From Vicugna vicugna (Eukaryota): 64,000 nt of DNA. The notes beneath the pieces are model-generated. The model was not told where the DNA came from, ran no database searches, and saw only the letters and a list, made by a program, of their open reading frames with translations. The position numbers were made by a program, and so were the translations under genes. This document shows, one piece after another, positions 36,381 to 49,699 of the stretch. Location of the stretch: positions 62,001-126,000 of the forward strand of contig MU058582.1 of assembly GCA_013265495.1 (NCBI GenBank), given 5' to 3'. Numbering within the stretch: position 1 is the first letter of the stretch; each line of letters begins with the position of its first letter.

Positions 36381-38959
36381 GCCCTGCGATGTGTCTGTAT
36401 AAGTGTGCATTGTGGCGGGAGTTCCAAGGCTTTGTGCAGAAAAGAGACCATGGCCTGCAGAGGGCTAACCACACTGATCTAATTCAAGACCCTCCTTAAG
36501 GAAAGAGACTTGACGCCCACCCATGAGAACTCGGTGGGTCACAGGAGAGCAAAGCACACAGGCATTCAGTCCAGTGTGAAGCCCTTCCTGACCAGAAGCA
36601 GGGGCTGTCTTGGAACTCAAGGTCTGAGATAGGATTACTGCCACCTGGTAGCAGCATGCACCAGGTTGAGATCACCCACACACACACACAAAGTCGGGGG
36701 CACAGCAGGAGGATCTCAGGGGCCACCATTTGGACTGAGCAGTTGGATTGTAGAGGAATTTCAACTTTAATTTTGAATTTGTTTCTCAAGGTTCTTATAA
36801 GAGGGCCTTAGCAATAAATGAAAGTGGAGGGAGAAAGAAGTAGTGGCTGGTGGCAAAACATCTCACCCACTCTCCCAGGGGACCTGCAGGTCTCCAGTTC
36901 ACGAGCTGAGGCTAACAAAAGCAGAGGGACGTAGAGTTTAGCAAACACAAGTGTGACGTGGAGTTACAGGGCGTGGAACAGCAATCTAGGGGGGAATTGC
37001 CAAGCCTGGAAGAGCTTTCCCTCCTGTGTTGGGGGCCATCCTGGCAGAGGGGTGCTGCAGCCTCCAGGACCCCCAAACTCCAGGTCCAGGTGGAGGCAAC
37101 AGGGTGTAGATGAGCTCCGAGGACCCAGGTGTCAGCCAGCGTGAAAGAGCATCACCTTCTTGTTTTCTGAGCTCTTCTTAAAATAGAGTTTATTGGTCTT
37201 GGTCTTGGTTTTAAAATAACAGCTGCTCACTGTAAACAACATGAAAAGTACAGAAAAACAAACGGGAGAGAAAGACTTCACCCCGCGTATTTCACCCAGA
37301 GGAGCCGCCACTCATATTTTGATGGATTTCCTTCTATTTTAATCCTATTTTAGCTGTAAACAGTGAAAACCACAACAGAAATAAATAAAAAGCAACTGCA
37401 AAGTTTAAAATGTAATAACAATCGTGGTGATGGTTGCACAACCTTATGAGTGTTCATTTCAAGACGGTCAAGTCTAGCTGATGTGAATTTCCCAGTAATT
37501 AACCTCACAGGCTAGAATGTGACCAGAAATCAGGTCACTAAAGCCCCAGAGTTCATCACCTCTTTACTTTTCCTTACAGTTTTATGTCCTCTGGGTGCCC
37601 TTAAACCATCCATTTCTCAGCTTCATGTAGATTGAGTTAGGCTGGGTGTTTTCTTTCTCTCGACACTGTGCCTCTGACATCCCGCGGACCTCAGGGCTGT
37701 GAGCTCAGCCCCAGCTGCCCTGGGGGCGCTGGGAGGGTGAGAATGCTGGGAGTCGGGGGCTAGGGATGTGACCCAAGGTCAGTGGCTGGGGTCTGTGGGG
37801 TCTGCACAGGTGGAGCTGTGGAAGGACCCTGTTGGTGGTCCCACAGTCAGAGCCCAGGGAAGGGGTTTTGTCCCCTCTGCCTCAGGTACACATGGCCCCT
37901 CAGTTTCTGAGAACTGAGGCCCCAGTCTGGCCTTCCTGGGGCAGCTGCCCTTGATGGAGGCCTTGGAGGGGAGACCTCCAGCCCCAGCACATCCAGGGGA
38001 GTCTCAGAGCCTGGGCTGCCAGGCCCATCACGGGTCCTGGCTGCCCAGTCTGGCAGCCCCAGGAGCCAGAGCAGGTGGGGGGTTACTAGGGAACCTGGAA
38101 GAGGTCTCAGAGATCAGGCTGCACCCACTCAGCACAGGAGAAACCAAGGCCCACAGGGGATGTAGGACTTGCTCAGGTCGCACTGTGAGCCCAGCCGCTG
38201 GACCCAAGGACCTGTGCTCTCCCCACTGACAGCGCCCACATGCCCTTGGCATTGAGGACCCCCACTCGGCCGGACTCAGCCCCAGGACCTGCACCCTAAG
38301 ACTCAGCCTTGCCTATTCTGAGCTGAGGACCCCCCAGAGTCTGCAGGCCTCCCGGCCAGGCTCCTCTCTGCTCCGGGCCCCAGCCTGGCTTGGCTCCTGC
38401 AGGCCCAGCGCCTGCCTGCCCCCTGGGCCTGCGCAGCTCCACCTCTCAGCTTCCCTCCCAGACCCACAGCCATGATCCAGGCTCAGGGGCAGTGCCTGAC
38501 TGACCTTTCTGTAGGTGAGTCTTGGTCCCGCCCTGAGCAGACAGCAACTAGGGGGCTGCAGGCAGGGTGTCTGGTGCTTATTTGTCTCAAACACAAAGAA
38601 TCCTCCGTGTCCGAGGGGAGAAGCCAAACCCCCTGCTGCTGCCCCCACTTCCAGGCCTCAGGTAGCAGCGTGGGCCCTTTGCCCCACACCCCACACTCAC
38701 CCCCAGATGGACCAGGCCTCACCCTCTGCTCTCCCCCAGAGGCCTCAGGTCCACGCCTGGGGCCTGAAACCTGGGCCTGTCAGGAGCTGACCTGGGGGCA
38801 GGATGGTCAAGTTCAGGGAGGGGGTCACCATGCACCGCACTGGAGTGTCACCTGCACAGGTACATCACCACCCTCACCTGACTGTCCTCACGGGCCACAG
38901 GAGGTGTCCCAGCTGCATTCCTGGTCAACATACCCGTGCCCCTGCACAGTGCCCCCTAA

Positions 38960-39050
38960 CACGCACACACACTGATACTTGCACACACACCCATATATGT
39001 GCACACACACCCATATATGTGCACACACACACACACACACGTGCACACAC
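38960..39050. repeat. (CA)n-rich microsatellite
   Basis: Seen directly. Confidence 0.9.
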
Positions 39051-39065
39051 AGAGGCCCCAGCTGG

Positions 39066-39084
39066 CAGTGCCCTCTAGTGGCCA
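39066..39084 (-). promoter_or_regulatory. CTCF-like motif, reverse orientation
   Basis: Minus strand TGGCCACTAGAGGGCACTG, near-consensus. Confidence 0.7.
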
Positions 39085-39789
39085 CTGTTGTCACTTCTCT
39101 AAAAGGTCTCAGTCATATCTATAAAGACCCAGGATTGATCATCATAAATCCCAGATGCCCAAGTCTAGGAAGATGGTTCTCTCCTTCCACGGAGTAGTAG
39201 GATGAGGTGGGGGTGGGGATCGTGACTTGGCCAAGGTCAGCCAGCAGGTAAGTGGTGGAGGCCTGGCCCCCAACTCAGATTCCAGCTCATTCCAGCTCTG
39301 AAGGCCCTGCTAGAGCCCAGAGGCTGGGCCCTCCGGGGAAGAGGAGCTGGGTGGAGAGGGTGTCTTGTACCCCCACCCCCTCATACATGTGCACAGCTCT
39401 CCAGGAGGGAAGAGGCACCTTGGGGAGAGGAATCTCCAGACCAGAGGGTCTCCAAGCCGGGTCTCCTCTGTGCTGAAGGGATGGGATGTCGAGAGGGGAG
39501 GGGCCTGGGCTTTAGGGAAACACAAAAATGCCAAGACCACTAACACAGATGCGAGACATCAGCCACACAGAAGCAAGAAACGCTAACCCGTGGTCCACAA
39601 GTTCAGATCTTCACCCAAGAGAAAAAAAACTGTCACAGTAGATCCCCTTGTCCCCCAGGCCCATGGTTCCTGCTTCCCAAAGAAACAAGCGTCACCCATT
39701 CCATACGTAGCCCCTGATCAGCTCCAAAGCCCAGCACTGTCTTGGGCCCTGGGATGTGACAGGGGCCTCAGAGACCAAGTCCTGAAGCA

Positions 39790-40110
39790 AAGTTCCAGTG
39801 GGTGAGGCCGGCTGGACAAGCAACATGTAAAATGTGAAGAGTTCTTTAGGAAAGGAAGGGGTTAGGGGTGACAAATGTTGGTTTCAGTGAATGGTTACGA
39901 GAGGCCACCCCTGAATGAAGGAGGGGACCCCCGGGAGGTGCCTGGGGAGGAGCACTCCTGACAGAAGAGACAGCAAGTGCAAAGGCCCTGGGGTCAGACG
40001 TGCCTGACAAGTTGCAGAAACAGCAAGGAGGCCAGCGGGGCTGGATCCAAGGAAGGGGGCAGGGCCCTCAGGGCCTTGCAGAGCACGCTGAGCACCTTGT
40101 GATTTGTCCA
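39790..40110 (-). mobile_element. L2 LINE fragment
   Basis: cagcaagtgcaaaggccctgggg...cagcaaggaggccagcggggctgga. Confidence 0.55.
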
Positions 40111-40429
40111 AGTTTTCAAATGTACCTGGACAGCATCATGCCGACATACCTGCGCCTTCTAAGTTCCTGCAGGTACGTCTCTAGGACTGGGAGCCAACCA
40201 GTCAAGTAGGGCAACATGTAGCAGGTGCCGGCCCGTCTGCGCGGACAGAAGTTGGACAATTCCTGTCCTTCCTTCACTTACACGGCACTGGGAAGCCCTG
40301 GGCATCCCTGGTTCTTGGGTCCGCACTTCTGGGAGGGCGGACGCCCCTCTGGAGCCCTGGGGACACGGGAGGTCACTGCGACCTTCAGCCGTTTCTGCAG
40401 AGCAGCCGGTCTCACTTACAGACCCGGAT

Positions 40430-40930
40430 ACAAACCGAGACTGGTCCCGCACCCGCACTCCTCCTCGGATTGTGGACCCTGGACCTTGTCCCCAGCGGTG
40501 CGCATGCCTGGCAGCGTTAAGTGAGAATCAGGCGAGGCCGGCAGGCATCACTGGGTGGTCACTAAGCCCGCCCCCACGTCCTGGTTCCCACTCTGCCGTC
40601 GCCTGGGGTGACCCTGGGCTCCGGACCTCAGTTTCCCGGGGCATCACTTTGAGGTCCCTGAATCCGCTATTCGGGGTCCCCTCCTCCTCCTCCGGGCCCA
40701 GGCGCTGGGTTCCCCCTGCGCTTCCACCGTTAAGACAGCGACCCCTGGCGGCCGAAAGAGGGCAGCAAGTCCTGGAGCCGGGCGGGCGGGCCAAGACTGG
40801 AGGGGGACGGGGCGGGGTGACCCCCCCAAAGAGTCCGGGAGTCCCTCCCGGACCCGCTGTCTGGACAGAAGTTGGGCCAGGTGTGCCCACAGGGAGACCT
40901 CTCCAGGTCGCCTACTCAGCTCGGGGCAGG
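40430..40930. promoter_or_regulatory. CpG-rich island with GC boxes, no assigned gene
   Basis: Dense CpG, GGGCGG boxes near 40780-40816. Confidence 0.5.
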
Positions 40931-41139
40931 GCCTGAGTCCTCAAAGGCAGAGAGAAGGGAACCAGGTGTTCTGGTCATAACCTTGAAGCTGCCCAGATGA
41001 CCAGGAAGAAGGAGAGAGCTCATCTCCGACAAGAAGACCTGCGCCTCCTTTAATTACAATCAGCTCCTTCGCTTCTGCCTGTTAAAAAAAAGGTACAGGA
41101 ATTTTGCTCCTTGAACCAGTTCTCCGGGGGATTTACCAA

Positions 41140-43129
41140 CCAGTTTGGGGGGAAATTGACATCTTTACCGTATTGAATCTTTCAATCCATGAATATCCTC
41201 TCTCTCTCTTTGTCTCTCTCCTCCATTAACAGGCTGTAATAATTCTCAATGAAGTTGTATCTAGAGTTTTCTCAGAAACAAATGACTTGGACATCTCTTT
41301 AGATTCATCCTTAGTAAACTGATATTTTTAATGCAATTGTGAACTGTATCCTTCTTAAGTGATATTTTCTATTCATTTGCTGTTAAATAGGAAGTTTCTC
41401 TATTTGGAATTGGATCTGGTAAATTCGATATGCTTTTTTATAGGTTCTACTAATTTATCTACATTCTGTGGGACTTGCTATACAAACATATGATCTGTGA
41501 AGAATGACAATGTTGTTGCTGTCTTCCCAGTTCTTACACATTTCCTTGCTTTCCCGTGCCTTACTCCCTCTGCTGGAGCTCTAGTGCCCGGTGCAACAGT
41601 AGGGAGGGTAATGGGCATCCTTGCCTTGTCACAAGGGATACTTTAAAACATTTCATTATGAAACATGATGCCTGCTAGTTTTCTTTAAAGACTATCTCAC
41701 CAGATTAAGGAAGTTCTCTCACAGTCCATGTATGATAAGTTGGTTTTCCAAAATCATCTGTTGCATTTGATCCAATGCCTTTTCTGCATCTCTTGATATG
41801 ATTTTTCTCTTTTAATGTCACGAATTGTGTAGATTGTTCTAACGTTGAACCAGTCTTGCCTTCTTGGAATACATGAACCAGACTTGTCCACATGTATTGT
41901 CCTGTACAGTGGCTGGATTCAAGGTGTTAATATTTTGTTCAGAATGTTTGCATCTATATTCCTGAGTGAGACAGAGCTGTGGCTCCTCGTTCACTGCCCT
42001 TGTCAGGTTTCGCCATCGAGGCTGTGTTAACTTCATGAAATGAATTATTTTATCCTCTAGAGGAATTTATGTAACATTGGAATTGCTTATCAGCGAAGCT
42101 CTCCTAGTCAGCTTTCTTTGAGGGAAGACTTTTGAGCACTGACGCAGTGCCCTTATAAGGACTGAGATTTTCTGTTTCTTCTTGACTCAAATATATGTGT
42201 TTGATTAGATTTTTCTAGGAATGTTCTCATTTCATCTCAAATGATTGGCATAATGCTATTATCATAGGCTCTCATTATCCATTTTAGATATTCCATTCTG
42301 GAAAAATAGCCCCCGTTTCATTCCTGATATGGGTAATGTTTGCCTTCTTTCTTTTGTTCTTGATAAATTCACCAAGTTGCTTTCAATTTCAGTAATATCA
42401 TAAAACAGACAACTCTCTGCTTTCCTGTTTTATCATCCCCACTGGATATTTATGTTCTATTTCTTTAGTATTTGTCTCTCCCTTTCTTATTTCCTTCATT
42501 CTTTTTTTCTTTGAGACTCTTTTGCTGTTTTCTGGCTTTCTGAGACATGTGCTTAGCTCATCCACTTTGTATAAAATTTCTGTGTGCATTTTAAGGCTAT
42601 CAGTTTTCCTCTGTGTAATCCGCTAGCTGTACCCCACACGGTGTTTATGGAGGGATTTCACTACAGTTCAAGTTCAATCTGTCATCCGATTTCCAGTTTG
42701 AGACCTTCTCTCAACCACTGGGAGCCTATTTCTTTACTGCGAAACATCTGAGGATGCCCAGGGTCTCTTGGCTACTGATTCCTAGTTTGCCACTGGCTTG
42801 TGGTGTTTGGCTTATAGGACACATACGGAATGATTTCGGTCATTTGAAATTTGTTTAATCTTACTTAATAGCCCGGTATGTGGTCAACTTTTGTCATTGT
42901 CAATGTTCCTTTTCTGCTTGAAGGGACTATACATACTGTAACTCTGGATGTGTGTTCTGTATCTAAGTCCATCAGGTCAAGCCAGTGAAGCTTCGAATCT
43001 GCCTTTATCTTCTTTAAGTTATTCTAGGTAATGCTTCTTGGCCATAAAACTTTCCAAACGGATATCAATATAACTACGCCAGCTTTCTTTGGGGTAGGAA
43101 CTTCACGGTATCTTTTTCCATTCATTTAC
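41140..43129 (-). mobile_element. Old degenerate L1 (ORF2 region, antisense)
   Basis: T-rich; aattgacatctttaccgtattgaatctttcaatccatgaa, gggcatccttgccttgt, atgccttttctgcatct, ttgttcagaatgtttgcatctatattc. Confidence 0.8.
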
Positions 43130-43716
43130 ATTTTTTGGTGAATTTTAACTTTTTTATTGAACTACAGTTGGTTTACAATGTTGTGTTAGTTGAGTGTATG
43201 CCAAAGTGATTCAACTATACGTATAAATATATATAGTCTTTTTCAGATTCTTTTCCATTATAGGTTATTACAAGTTATTTAATATAGTTCCCTGTGCTCT
43301 ACAGTAGATCCTTATTGTTTATCTGTTTTATATATATATAACTATATATGCAACTATATTTGTTACTTATATAACTATATATATTTGTTATATAGTTACA
43401 TACATATAGTATGCTAATCCCAAACCCCCAATTTTTCCCTCCCCCCACCCCTTTCCCCCTTGATAGCCATAGTTTGTTTTCTACGTCTGTGAATCTATCT
43501 CTGGTTTGTAAATAATGTCATTTGTGTCATTTTCTTTAGATTCCACATATAAGAGAGATTGTATGACATTGTCTTTCTCTGTCTGACTTACTTCACCTAG
43601 TATGATAATCTCCAGGTCCATCCATGTTGCTGCACATGGCATTATTTCATTCTTTTTCGTGGCTGAGTAATATTCCATTGTGAATATATACCACATCTTT
43701 ATCCAGTCATCTGTCA
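43130..43716 (-). mobile_element. Younger L1 3' end nested in the old L1
   Basis: ORF2 C-terminal peptide TMEYYSATKKNEIMPCAATWMDLE on the minus strand; TSD tccat[tc]catttac 43117-43129 / 43717-43729. Confidence 0.9.
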
Positions 43717-44229
43717 TCCATCCATTTACTTTTAACCCAGCTGGTTAACTGAGTCCACTGTGCCTGGCCGTGGGAACTCTTCTCCAAATCACATTCTTCA
43801 GGCAGCATTCATTTCTGAAATATGTACCAAGCACTGACATTATACAGGGGTTATGTCTGGGTTTTTTACATTTCCAACAGCTCACCTGCCTTTGTATGGT
43901 GGAATTTCTTGGCCTTTTCAATATTTGAGGCTGGTCCAGAATCTTCAGACACCTCTCCGTGTTCCCGGAGCATGTGTGCAGACCTCTGCTCTGGAAGGAG
44001 TCAGTGATCCTGCAGGTCCCAGGAAACCCAGCTCAAATAGCCTCAGCTAAGGAGGGAATTATTGGTTCACCTGATTTGGAATCAAAACACTGGGAATACA
44101 GGGCTACCTAAACCCCAGAGGCCCTGGCCCTGTTTCTCTGGGATTCTCGCTGCTCTGCCTTCATCCCCTGACTGGCTGGCTTCCCGGGAGATGGCAGGTT
44201 TGGAGGTTGGGCAGGAGCTTGCTTACACA

Positions 44230-45060
44230 GTCCCCACCCCATCAAGGAGGACCTGGCTACTGCTGTCACCTAGTGGCAGATCTGCCAAGAGAGAACCCCC
44301 AGGATGGCACAATTCCCTGGGGGACTGACCAGCCACCTGGTGGCAGGATGATTCCACTGCATCTCTTCCATCCTGGGAGGGCTACAAATTCTGGATATAG
44401 TTTGCGCTCTTGGCATGCTTTAGCCACCGTCATGGCAGTCCCCACAGCCTTGTGTCTCAACTTATTCCATGACAAAAGACTACAGCTCAGAGTGGGCTGG
44501 TTTTACTATGTACCTGTTGCCCGGAAGTAGCTGGCTTCTTTTTAAAATGGAATAGCTTACTGAAGGCACAAAGTGAGAGCTAACACCCTGAAATATGGGC
44601 TTCTGCCTTCTAGGATGCAGTTTATCGTTTGAATCAAAGACCATTATTTGGTGGGGTCGCCCCAGATCCAGAATACATGAGGCTGGCAATCAAGGGGTAG
44701 CAATCAGAGAGGCTTTTTCCATGATTAATCCCAACAATTCACCCAAAGGATGTTTGCTCTCTGTCCCGGAGCTCCGAGCTCTGCTGCTTTGGTGATCTTT
44801 GTCCCCAAGAAAACCATGCTTCCCCCAGGAGACACTACATGGTTCCACTGAGTTGAAACTCTCAAGCAGAAAAAGGGCTCCCTTGCTGGTTGGACCAGTC
44901 AGCCCTGATGACTAAAGAGAAATCGGGTGGCGGCCACGCTATCGGGGCAGAGAGGACTCTATCTAGAGCCCAGAGCACTAAGCATCGTGGTCTTTCTTAG
45001 TACTTAGACTCTTAGGAAAGAAAGTTTAGATCCTGTACCACCACCACCACCAGGTAAAGA
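44230..45060 (+). mobile_element. ERVL internal fragment (integrase end / dUTPase-like region), degenerate
   Basis: ggatgcagtttatcgtttgaatcaaagacc, ccagaatacatgaggctggcaatcaaggggt, gcttcccccaggagacact...ttccactgagttgaa. Confidence 0.7.
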
Positions 45061-45159
45061 CCCATGACTAGCTGGGGTTCTAGCCAAGGACAACCGAGAA
45101 ATATTTAATGGGGAGACGGAGAGAGAGAGAAACCATAGATGTCAACATAGCCTCATGAC

Positions 45160-45325
45160 TAGAGTCACCAGGTTTAGCAAATGAAAATACAGATGCCCAG
45201 TTAAATTTGCATTTCAGATAAACAATGGATAATGTTTTTAGTGTACATCCCGTGGAATATTTGGAACACAATTATACTAAACACTTATTCATTGATGGAG
45301 CATCTTGTCTTGTATCTGGCAACCC
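45160..45325. mobile_element. MER53-like DNA transposon (MITE)
   Basis: tttagcaaatgaaaatacagatgcccagttaaatttgcatttcagataaacaa...tatctggcaaccc. Confidence 0.8.
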
Positions 45326-46369
45326 GATTCACAATCGGTGGAAAAAAAGGAACCGTGGTGACGTAGCGTCTTTTTTCCTTGCTCGGTATTTGTATTTATC
45401 AACCATGTCTCTTTTCTTCTGCTCAGTATTACTTTATGTACAAGCTGTTGGAAGTTAGCAGAATATGCAGAGGAACTGTGCATACGAGGAGAAATTAATA
45501 TAGTTCCCTGTGGATACAGTGACTCTTGGCAACAGGTGTCTACGCATTTGCGGGATGGGGTGAGAATTTTGGGTAAAGGATGGGGCACCTGAGACAGAAA
45601 CCGCAGTTTGGCCAGCTGGCGCAGTGCCGGGCTTGGCCAGCAGAAGGTGCTGGAGCATCGCTGCAGCGAGACAGCGCCTCCCCGTTTTCCCGCTTTCCTA
45701 CCTTTCAATCCAGCACAGGAGCTGGCAATGGGCGTGAGGATGGCCCAGCCTCCCCTCAGCAGCCCTGAGGGGCCAGTTCAGCAGAGCACTCAGCCCCACT
45801 CTGCACCAGGCGGCCCTTCTGCAGTAGATCCGGCCTTACTCCAGAGCAAAAGACCAGCAGTGGCCTCCTACACCTTCTGGCCAGGACAGGCCACATCGGC
45901 CCACCGGCCATGGCCACACCCTGTGACTCGAGACCAGGTGACCAGCTGGCCAGATTCAGGTTCGTCCAGCTGGCTACACTGGCTGCATCTTCTCCTTTCT
46001 GAACCATCCATCCATTCATTCATTCATTCAAGTGTTTGTTGCTCACACACCGTGTACCAGGCAGAGTCCTACAGACCTGTGTGCCGGGGAGACATGTTAC
46101 CGTTCTTCTTGGGTCTGTGCCTCGGTGTGCAGCGGCTGGGTCATGTGGTAGGTGTTGTTTGGTTGTCTCCATTTTAAGCAAAACTATTTTCCAAGGTGGA
46201 GGTACCAATCTACTTTTCCAAGAACAGGGTGGAAACAGAAGTGGGCCAGAAGTAAGCCCAACAAAGTCATTGTCGGACATGTAGGAGGCGGGGAGAGACC
46301 ACAAGCGAACAAACTCCTACACAGAAAAGGCAGCAGGTCACGCTGAGCTCTGGTAAGAAATCTGAATTT

Positions 46370-46700
46370 GTTTCCGAGTTTTTCAATTTACGTAAATAGG
46401 TTTATGCAGTACTTGTCATCACATAATGGGTTTACGGTGTACGTATCATTTGGCTACGCTGTTTCACTCAAGATTATGTTCTTCAGATCTAGCCATAATA
46501 ATGTATGTAAATGTAGTTCATTCATCCTAGTTGCTGAATATTCAGCATAGAAATATGTGTGTATATAGTATATATAGTATATCTCCATATAGCTATTATA
46601 TGTGTGTATATATAGTATGTACTGGGCACGTAGGTTGTTTCCAACTGTGACTTTTTGTAACAACAGATGCAGCAGTAACAACGCTATTCCATGTGATACC
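46370..46700 (-). mobile_element. Old L1 3' region fragment
   Basis: tttcactcaagattatgttcttcagatctagccat...gtagttcattcat...ggttgtttccaa. Confidence 0.6.
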
Positions 46701-47899
46701 CAGAGATGGGACCCGTGGGGGGGCGGAAGGACCCCACATTTTCAGTGTTGCTGCTCCCTCTTGTGGCTGCTGTGCTGAATTGCACCAGGTTCCATTACCC
46801 TAAATCTTTACAACCCTTGACACCCTCAGGCTTTCCCGCTTTTGTCCCTGACACTCTTACTACTGCTAAGCCCTCCTTACAGCTCTCATACACTGCCAGC
46901 AAAACCCCAGGTGTGTGCCCAGTGCTAGGTGCACCGACAACTCCGAGGAAGGGTTAGGTCTCCCTCCTTAGCCTGGGCAGGGGAGAGGGGCACGTTCACT
47001 TGCTCTCGCCGTCCCCAGCCCAGTGTTTCTCACACAGCAAGGTTCTTGTCCAGCTCTACCCCTAATTCAGTAAACTTTCCAGCCTCAGTCTCCCAGTCAG
47101 TGGCCCCGAATGGTGCACAACCAACACAGCGTGTGCGTGTGCGTGTGCTTGTGCGTGTGTGTGTGTTGGGAGGGAGCCCGAATTTGTAGCATTTGCCAGT
47201 TTTCACGGTGTAAATACTTCCATGTGGCTGATGGTGAGCTACTGATGAGCATCACTGAACACAGAGCCAGGAAGAGATGTGTCCAATCAGCGGTGCTGGG
47301 AGCTGGGTGGCAGCCCCACACACTGCAAGCTCCCTCTTGGCGGCTGCCCTGTCCCTAGTCCTGCACGCTGGGCAGCAGTAACACCTCCCTGTGCTTCTGC
47401 CAAGGAGACAGTCACTCCTGGTGGCAAAGCCAAGCACATCCCAGACCAGGGAGGGAAGGACCCAGAATCTGGGGAAAGGAGTAGGAAACCCCACCGCACA
47501 CACCCTACCCCCTGGAGGTCTCGCTCCTTCTCTTGTCCGTCCCTGGGCCCACCATCTCCAGGAAAGACTCAACACCTGGGGAGCTCCCACTGGGGGCCCC
47601 GCAAGTCTCCCTCCATGTTGAGGCCCTGGAGTGAGAAGTGATGCCATAGGGCAGTTAGTCCCACATCCCGCCAGCAGGTCACCACTGCAGACCCCAGCCG
47701 TCCCCGTGATGGAGAATTAGCAGAAGACCACGGCAACACCAAGCGGTCCCCACAGCACCTAGGACTTGTCACCCAGCTGACCCAGCACGTGCTGCAGGTG
47801 AGTCATTCCTGGAACTGGGATCTAGCCCTGGACCCCAGGGCTGCTGGTTGGTCTGAGACTCTCTCTGGTTTTAAGCATCCCCTCCCCTCCATCTCAGCA

Positions 47900-48480
47900 C
47901 CCGAGATTCCCACCTAGGGTGAGAGCGATGGGGGACTGAGGGCGCCCCTGTGAGAGCGCACCTGTGGCTAATGATTGCTCAGATCCATCCCACCTGCCTT
48001 CACTAATCAGGTCCCTGTAAGACGGGCGTGTCCTCTAAGCGGGGTGTTTGCCTGAGGTGTTTCCTAGAAACCTGGGGTCAGCCGTCCAGTTCCAGCTGAG
48101 CTGCTTCAGACTGGATAGGCCCACCCAGCCCTGCTCTGGGCCTGCGCGAGCGTAAAAACTCCACCCTCGGGTGGTGCTGAGGGTTGTCAGCTTGAAGGGG
48201 CGGAGCCCGTGGCTTAGTCACGCCTGCGCAGAGCCGCGCGGTCACGTCACCGTTTCCCCATCACCTTTCCCTGGGCTCCCCGGGCCTCGGACCGCCCTGC
48301 AGCTTTAGTCTTCACCCCTTAAACACCCCAGCCCCGGGCCTCCAGGGAGGGAGAAGTGAAGCCTGCCCTCTGCTCTCCTCACTTGGCGGCCTGCCGGTGC
48401 GTTCAGGGTGCTTAGCTAGACCTCGCCCTCCTGCGGCCCCGGGTCCTCAGACAAAACCTAAAGGGTCTCAGATTATAATT
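47900..48480 (+). mobile_element. Possible ERV1-type LTR, CpG-rich (limits approximate)
   Basis: Repeated gcctgcgc motifs, GC box, ccccttaaacacccc TATA-like region typical of LTR U3/R. Confidence 0.4.
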
Positions 48481-49699
48481 CTAACATCAATTCCCTGGTC
48501 TGGATGGAAATCAATTACCATTAGCTAAAGGGAAGAGTCCACTTCTCCATGACAGAAAAGGTGACGGGGGTGGGGGGAGGTCTTTATTGAAGATTTCTTG
48601 AAAAATGGTCTTTCCAGGGGACAGTCCAGTATTTGCATCGGGCTCTCCCAAACTTCCAGGCTCACCCTGTCCTCTCTATTGCCATCCTCTGGACTCTACT
48701 GGGTGAGGGCTCCAGGGACTGGGACCTGCAGATGCAAACAGCCAGCCGCCACCAGGACCAGCACGAGGCCAGTGCAGTGACCAGACCCCCAGCTGAAAAG
48801 CCTCATCCGACTGGGCTTAAAGTGGAGGGGACAGATCACAAGTGAGAACACAGGCAGCTCCCTCTGGGCTGGCCGCTGCGGGGAGGGGACTAAGGATGGG
48901 TACAGAAGTTCCTCCTTCCAATCAGCCACGTGGAGGGTGGGGTCCACCAGGATGAGTGAGATTAACCCGAAGACTACAGAGTTCTCTCCCTGCTGTGGAA
49001 AAGAAATCAAGAATTTCCAAGGGACCCAGTAGCTGGGACCCAGAAATTGGATGCCTGTGGGCACGGATGCAGGCTAATGAGTCTAGTCCCTCAATAACAA
49101 GCTCCCAATCTGCTCCCTTGTAAAGGATGGTCATACCCAACTGGTCGCACATCACTTCTTCCCAAATGAAATGTGGCCCAACTACCGCAAAACGGTTGTT
49201 TTGACATTTCGTCGCTGGAGGGCTCCAGAGACCGCTAAATGCCATCCAGGCGCAAGGGTTGCTGCACAAGCTGTGTCCGCCAAGGGGCGTGAGAGCTGAG
49301 CGCTGGAAGGGGCTCGGGGTCCTCCCTGTGCTGCGATGGGGCGGAGAGGAGCCCAATCCCAGGGGGACTGTCTTACCAGCTTACAAGCGCTCTTTACCCC
49401 AAGGGCTCAGAAAGTGAAAGTTCAGGGTAACAGGAGCTTTATTCCATGAGCTAATGTGGGACCAGCAAAAAAAATTATTTTTAATTAAAAAAGGAGGTTG
49501 ATTAGGGGCATCTGTTCCCAAGTCTTCCTGCCCTGGGAGTCCTGTAAGGATCCAGCTGGCGCCCGCTGCTAGATTTTCAAAAACCACTTGGGGAGGCATG
49601 GTGTCTACTTCTGGAGCAGCGACCCCAAGGGCTCCACAGACCCACTCCCCAGCCGAGATGGTGAAAATCGTTTTTTTTTGGTTTTTTTTTTTTTGAAAA

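Noticed and set aside
44261..44346. Two further CTCF-like motifs
   Set aside because: Inside ERVL-derived sequence and with core or flank mismatches; not counted as boundary evidence
48631..48702. V-lambda promoter and leader (ATTTGCAT plus hydrophobic phase-1 segment)
   Set aside because: No ATG at the expected position, and no V exon or 23-RSS downstream
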